Positions 60,312-64,000 of a stretch of DNA of 64,000 nt are shown in pieces; position 1 is the stretch's first letter, and every line of letters begins with the position of its first letter. Origin of the DNA: an uncultured Chlamydiales bacterium (GTDB lineage Bacteria > Chlamydiota > Chlamydiia > Chlamydiales > Rhabdochlamydiaceae). The stretch is from positions 1,312,001 through 1,376,000 of the forward strand of contig OY969554.1 of NCBI GenBank assembly GCA_963700985.1. Direction: 5' to 3'. The position numbers and the translations under genes are program-made. The notes below the pieces were generated by a model. The model had not been told where the DNA came from and made no database searches. It saw nothing but the letters and a program-made list of their open reading frames with translations.

Positions 60312-63300
60312 ATGACCATGGAAAAACAAAAGCGTTGGCAGCGCATTCTAATTGTCGCTGTTTTAATCCTCACAGTTTACAACATTCTCCCTACCCTTTT
60401 CTTCTATTCAAAATCGCTGCATAAGCCAATTGATGAGAAACGCGCGGGCCAAATCGCAAAATCAATTGCTCAGCGTGTAAATTCACTGGAAGAAGACTCT
60501 CTTGATTGGCTGCATTCTTATTGCCGCCAACTCGGCATTAAGCCCCAATCCTTAAACTTTGACGCTAAAACGCCTCAATTCATCTCTTTGACTTTCAAAA
60601 ACACTGATGAAGCACAAAAATTCCGCCGTTTCTTTCCTCGCGCCGGCACGCTTATTCCTTTTGTACCAGCACAGCTGTCACTCAATCAGTTTTCAGATAG
60701 TGATGAAGCGCGCAAAACAGTGCTTGTTCAGAGAAAAATCCCCGTGCATTTCGCATCGGATCAGCTCTCTTCTTTTTTTCAGTTCTCTACTAAAGTAGAT
60801 GCAGAAGGCAAAATAACTCCCCTTTATCATGCCCTCGTAAGCGATCGCGTATTAGAAATGGGTCTAGCGCTCGGCGGTCCCAGCCAAAATGCACAGTTTT
60901 TACAAGCGACTCTCGGCAACTCAAAAGATCCTCAAATCCAAGATCTCATCTTGCTGCTTTCTCAAGATATCCTCTCGTTTGTGAAAACTTTTGGCGAAGA
61001 CTCGACGATTGCTGCACGCTATTTTGCCAATTTCACACAAATCGAAGGCGAGAATGCTTCTCTAGCTGTTCAACGTTTTACTGCTGCTACCGAAAGCCTG
61101 AAAGACCAGATAAAGCTTGAGAAAATTGCGCTCCAAACCGAAAGAGATCAGAAAAAGGCTCAAGGTGCTTTTTTAGAAACCGCTAAACAACAGAGACTCG
61201 AACAACTCGCTTCTCGTGAAAAGACCCTTAGCTCTGCTATTGATGTTCTCAAAAGAAAAAGCTCGCTGTTTGCTGCAGGAAAAAAACCTTTAACTTACGC
61301 TACATTAGGAGCAGCTCTCGATGAGAGCGCCCGAAAGATCGATCCAGCAAGCAAAGTTCAAACCATATCTTTAGAAGGTCGCAACCCATTTATCGAGAAA
61401 CTCTCGATCGATTGGTCAAATGAGAAAATTACTTTATTTCTCTTTCCTGATCTTCTCAGCTTTAAAAACGATTTAGGAAAAAAAGGCGATAAAAGAGCGG
61501 AAGGTGCAGAACAGTTTATCTATAACGAAATCGCTCTAATTTCGCGCCAAACTTCTGAAGAAATCGCCCCCCTTCAAGATCAGTTCGAAGTTACGCTTAA
61601 CCAGCTTACTAATAGCAACAGCTTTTTAGCTTTACGCTTGGCTAGCATTGCACAAGCCGAAGCTTCACAGCTCAAACAACTTCTACAAAGCGGCTGGATT
61701 CCTAACCACCCAGACTTAAAACGCGATGTGTTTCCAATTTGGGATTATGAAACCTATCTCACTCTCCCAGCTGATCAGAAAAAGCTCGGTTTAGTTGTCT
61801 ATTCTCCAGCTCAATATAATAAGATGGCGCCTAAAGGCTTTAGGATGAATTCTGTCTATATCCTGGCAAAAGGTATAGATAAGATTCTGCAGAAAGCCCA
61901 AGCCGCTCCTGATTCTGAAGAAGCTCGTCAATTCCTCTCAGATTTTAAAGCTTTACGTGAAGTCCTCCAGAGCAATGGCTTTTTTGGTTATAACGGCTCC
62001 TCTCAGCTCATGGGCGTAGAATTTGCTCAAGACTTCATCTTTGAAAAAGAAAACTATTATCAAACCCTGCTCAAAGCCACACGTGAAGACTTCACTGTGC
62101 ATGGCACAAAGCGTTTTGCCGCTCTCGAGTTTACTGACGTTGAACAACGCATCTTAACCGAAAATAAGATCGATACGCGCATTCACGAAGATCTACAGAA
62201 GTGGAAAGATGACTACAATGCAGCCCAATTAGGCATTAAAGGCATCTCTCCGCTCGATGTTCCAAAGCCAACAAAGAACGTCTTTTTCGATAACTTCCGC
62301 TTGAGTTTGATTAAATACTTTCGTGGAGACGATCGAAAAATTCTGCATTGGGGCCTCGATCTCTCCGGTGGAAAGACTGTTCAAATTGAACTTCGCGATG
62401 CCAGCGGCCGCGTGGTGACTAATGAAGTCGACATCAAACAAGGCATTAACGAGTTATATAAACGCGTTAATAAGATGGGCGTTTCAGAGGTCAGCATTCG
62501 TCAAGAAGGCAACTCGATTACCCTCGACTTCCCTGGCTCGCAAGGCCTCTCAGCCCAAGAGCTGGTGAAAGCCTCTTCTATGTATTTTCATGTAGTTAAC
62601 GAGAAATTCTCATCTAACAGTTCTCCTTTAGTGGAAGAGACTGCAAGGTTCTTACAAGAAGTTTGGAATGAGGCAGTTGTTACAAATCGAAAAGATCCCG
62701 AAGAGATCAATCAGATCGCTTGGCAACATCTTCATGGGGATTCTCACGATCCTGAGATCGTGCAACCAAGAAGCGAAGCCGCGCGTACGCTCTACCAAAA
62801 TGGCCTGCGTCTAGCTCTTCCCCAAGACCCTGCAGCTGGCGACAATTTTAATGATACGATCTCTAAGATCGCCGTTTTAAGAGGAGAAGATTTCACTGAT
62901 TGGCAAGGGCAAACGAACCCCTTACTTATTGTTTTCCGTAACTATGCACTGGAAGGGTCTAACCTGGAAAATGTGCACGCCTCTTACGATCCATCAAAAG
63001 GCAACTTCTTAGGCTTTGGCGTAAAGGGGTCTCAAGCTGCTAAAGATGGCATTAAGTTCAATCCTCGCGACGACCTCTATGCCTGGACTTCACGTTTCTC
63101 GAAAGAGAAGATCGTAGGTACACCTCTCGAAACTTATTCGAAAGGAAGAGGCTGGCGCATGGCAGTGATCTTAAACGGATCGATTATCAGCTCTCCTACG
63201 CTCAACTCTGCTCTGCGTGACAGCGCCATGATCACCGGAAGTTTCACTCAACGCGAAGTCAATCAATTAGAAGCTGATTTAAAAGCTGGATCTCTTAGCT

Positions 63301-64000
63301 TTACTCCACGCATTCTTTCTGAAAAGAACGTAAGCCCAGAACTTGGAGCGCAGGAGCGCACATTGGGAATATGGGCTATGTTCATCGCACTACTTCTGGT
63401 CATGCTAGTCATGGTAAGCTATTACCGCTTCGCTGGGGTAGTCGCTTCGGTAGCTGTGATCTTTAACCTATTGATCATGTGGGCCACCCTTCAAAACCTT
63501 TCGGCCACGCTCACCTTGGCGACCATCTCTGGTCTGGTCTTAGCCCTTGCTATGGCGGTGGATGCGAACGTGCTCGTTTTTGAAAGGATTCGTGAAGAAT
63601 TTGCCGTAACTGGCCGCATCTCTCATGCTTTGCATGCCGGCTATCGCAAAGCTTTTTCTGCGATTCTCGATTCAAACGTAACGACCGTAATTGCGGTTCT
63701 TATTCTTCTGAATTTTGACTCGGGACCCATTAAAGGATTTGCTGTAACCCTGATTATCGGCATTTTTTCGTCGATGTTTACGGCGCTTTTCATGACCCGC
63801 TTTTTCTTTGCTGGCTGGGTACAAAATCCACAGCACAAGACTTTGAATATGGCCAATTGGATTAAAGCCACACGCTTCGACTTTTTGAAGTTTACCAAAC
63901 CCACGTTAATCGTCTCTTGTGTGATCATTGCGGTAGGAGCACTCCTATTTTCTTCTCAGCGCAATACGATCTTAGGGATGGACTTTACCGGTGGTTATGC
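60312..64000 (+). CDS. secDF: Fused protein translocase SecD/SecF with long chlamydial N-terminal extension (runs off window end)
   Basis: Spot manual translation: MEKQKRWQRILIVAVLILTVYNILPTLFFYS start, WGLDLSGG, DLKAGSL, MAVDANVLVFERIREE, GPIKGFAVTL, then SecF-type LGMDFTGG at the window end. Confidence 0.93.
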   Translation, partial: MTMEKQKRWQRILIVAVLILTVYNILPTLFFYSKSLHKPIDEKRAGQIAKSIAQRVNSLEEDSLDWLHSYCRQLGIKPQSLNFDAKTPQFISLTFKNTDEAQKFRRFFPRAGTLIPFVPAQLSLNQFSDSDEARKTVLVQRKIPVHFASDQLSSFFQFSTKVDAEGKITPLYHALVSDRVLEMGLALGGPSQNAQFLQATLGNSKDPQIQDLILLLSQDILSFVKTFGEDSTIAARYFANFTQIEGENASLAVQRFTAATESLKDQIKLEKIALQTERDQKKAQGAFLETAKQQRLEQLASREKTLSSAIDVLKRKSSLFAAGKKPLTYATLGAALDESARKIDPASKVQTISLEGRNPFIEKLSIDWSNEKITLFLFPDLLSFKNDLGKKGDKRAEGAEQFIYNEIALISRQTSEEIAPLQDQFEVTLNQLTNSNSFLALRLASIAQAEASQLKQLLQSGWIPNHPDLKRDVFPIWDYETYLTLPADQKKLGLVVYSPAQYNKMAPKGFRMNSVYILAKGIDKILQKAQAAPDSEEARQFLSDFKALREVLQSNGFFGYNGSSQLMGVEFAQDFIFEKENYYQTLLKATREDFTVHGTKRFAALEFTDVEQRILTENKIDTRIHEDLQKWKDDYNAAQLGIKGISPLDVPKPTKNVFFDNFRLSLIKYFRGDDRKILHWGLDLSGGKTVQIELRDASGRVVTNEVDIKQGINELYKRVNKMGVSEVSIRQEGNSITLDFPGSQGLSAQELVKASSMYFHVVNEKFSSNSSPLVEETARFLQEVWNEAVVTNRKDPEEINQIAWQHLHGDSHDPEIVQPRSEAARTLYQNGLRLALPQDPAAGDNFNDTISKIAVLRGEDFTDWQGQTNPLLIVFRNYALEGSNLENVHASYDPSKGNFLGFGVKGSQAAKDGIKFNPRDDLYAWTSRFSKEKIVGTPLETYSKGRGWRMAVILNGSIISSPTLNSALRDSAMITGSFTQREVNQLEADLKAGSLSFTPRILSEKNVSPELGAQERTLGIWAMFIALLLVMLVMVSYYRFAGVVASVAVIFNLLIMWATLQNLSATLTLATISGLVLALAMAVDANVLVFERIREEFAVTGRISHALHAGYRKAFSAILDSNVTTVIAVLILLNFDSGPIKGFAVTLIIGIFSSMFTALFMTRFFFAGWVQNPQHKTLNMANWIKATRFDFLKFTKPTLIVSCVIIAVGALLFSSQRNTILGMDFTGGY

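Noticed and set aside
60607-63928. Short ORFs in the last 3.7 kb suggesting a gene-poor region
   Set aside because: The region is the secDF reading frame, missing from the ORF track because it has no stop inside the window

Overview
This window is chromosomal DNA from an environmental member of the Chlamydiota. The assignment rests on lineage-specific genes (grgA, a fused secDF with a long N-terminal extension, uhpC, mip) and on gene order matching the Chlamydia blocks grgA-gapA-rplQ-rpoA...rplC, fmt-lpxA-fabZ-lpxC-lnt, dac-rsbW-bamD-dnaE-uhpC-hisS-aspS-mip-trmL-trxA-tRNA-Leu and plsC-cmk-cdsA-uppS-secDF. Most of it is housekeeping. Four accessory pockets stand out. (1) A tandem array of four leucine-rich-repeat proteins (51222-55466), three ending in Ras-type CaaX farnesylation motifs (CIIM, CVIM, CIVM); this is the best candidate for an undescribed host-prenylated effector family. 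(2) Four hydrophobic proteins at the Cap1/CT529 position between fmt and rplC whose motif layout resembles Pex11 membrane-remodelling proteins (inference by eye). (3) A small islet 3' of tRNA-Leu(TAA) with an MNT-HEPN toxin-antitoxin pair, a dinD remnant and a split inverted copy of the tRNA 3' end. (4) Palindromic MITE/RPE-like elements before hisS and after tRNA-Leu(CAG). No CRISPR array, rRNA, integrase or transposase was seen. All family calls come from reading motifs, not from database searches.
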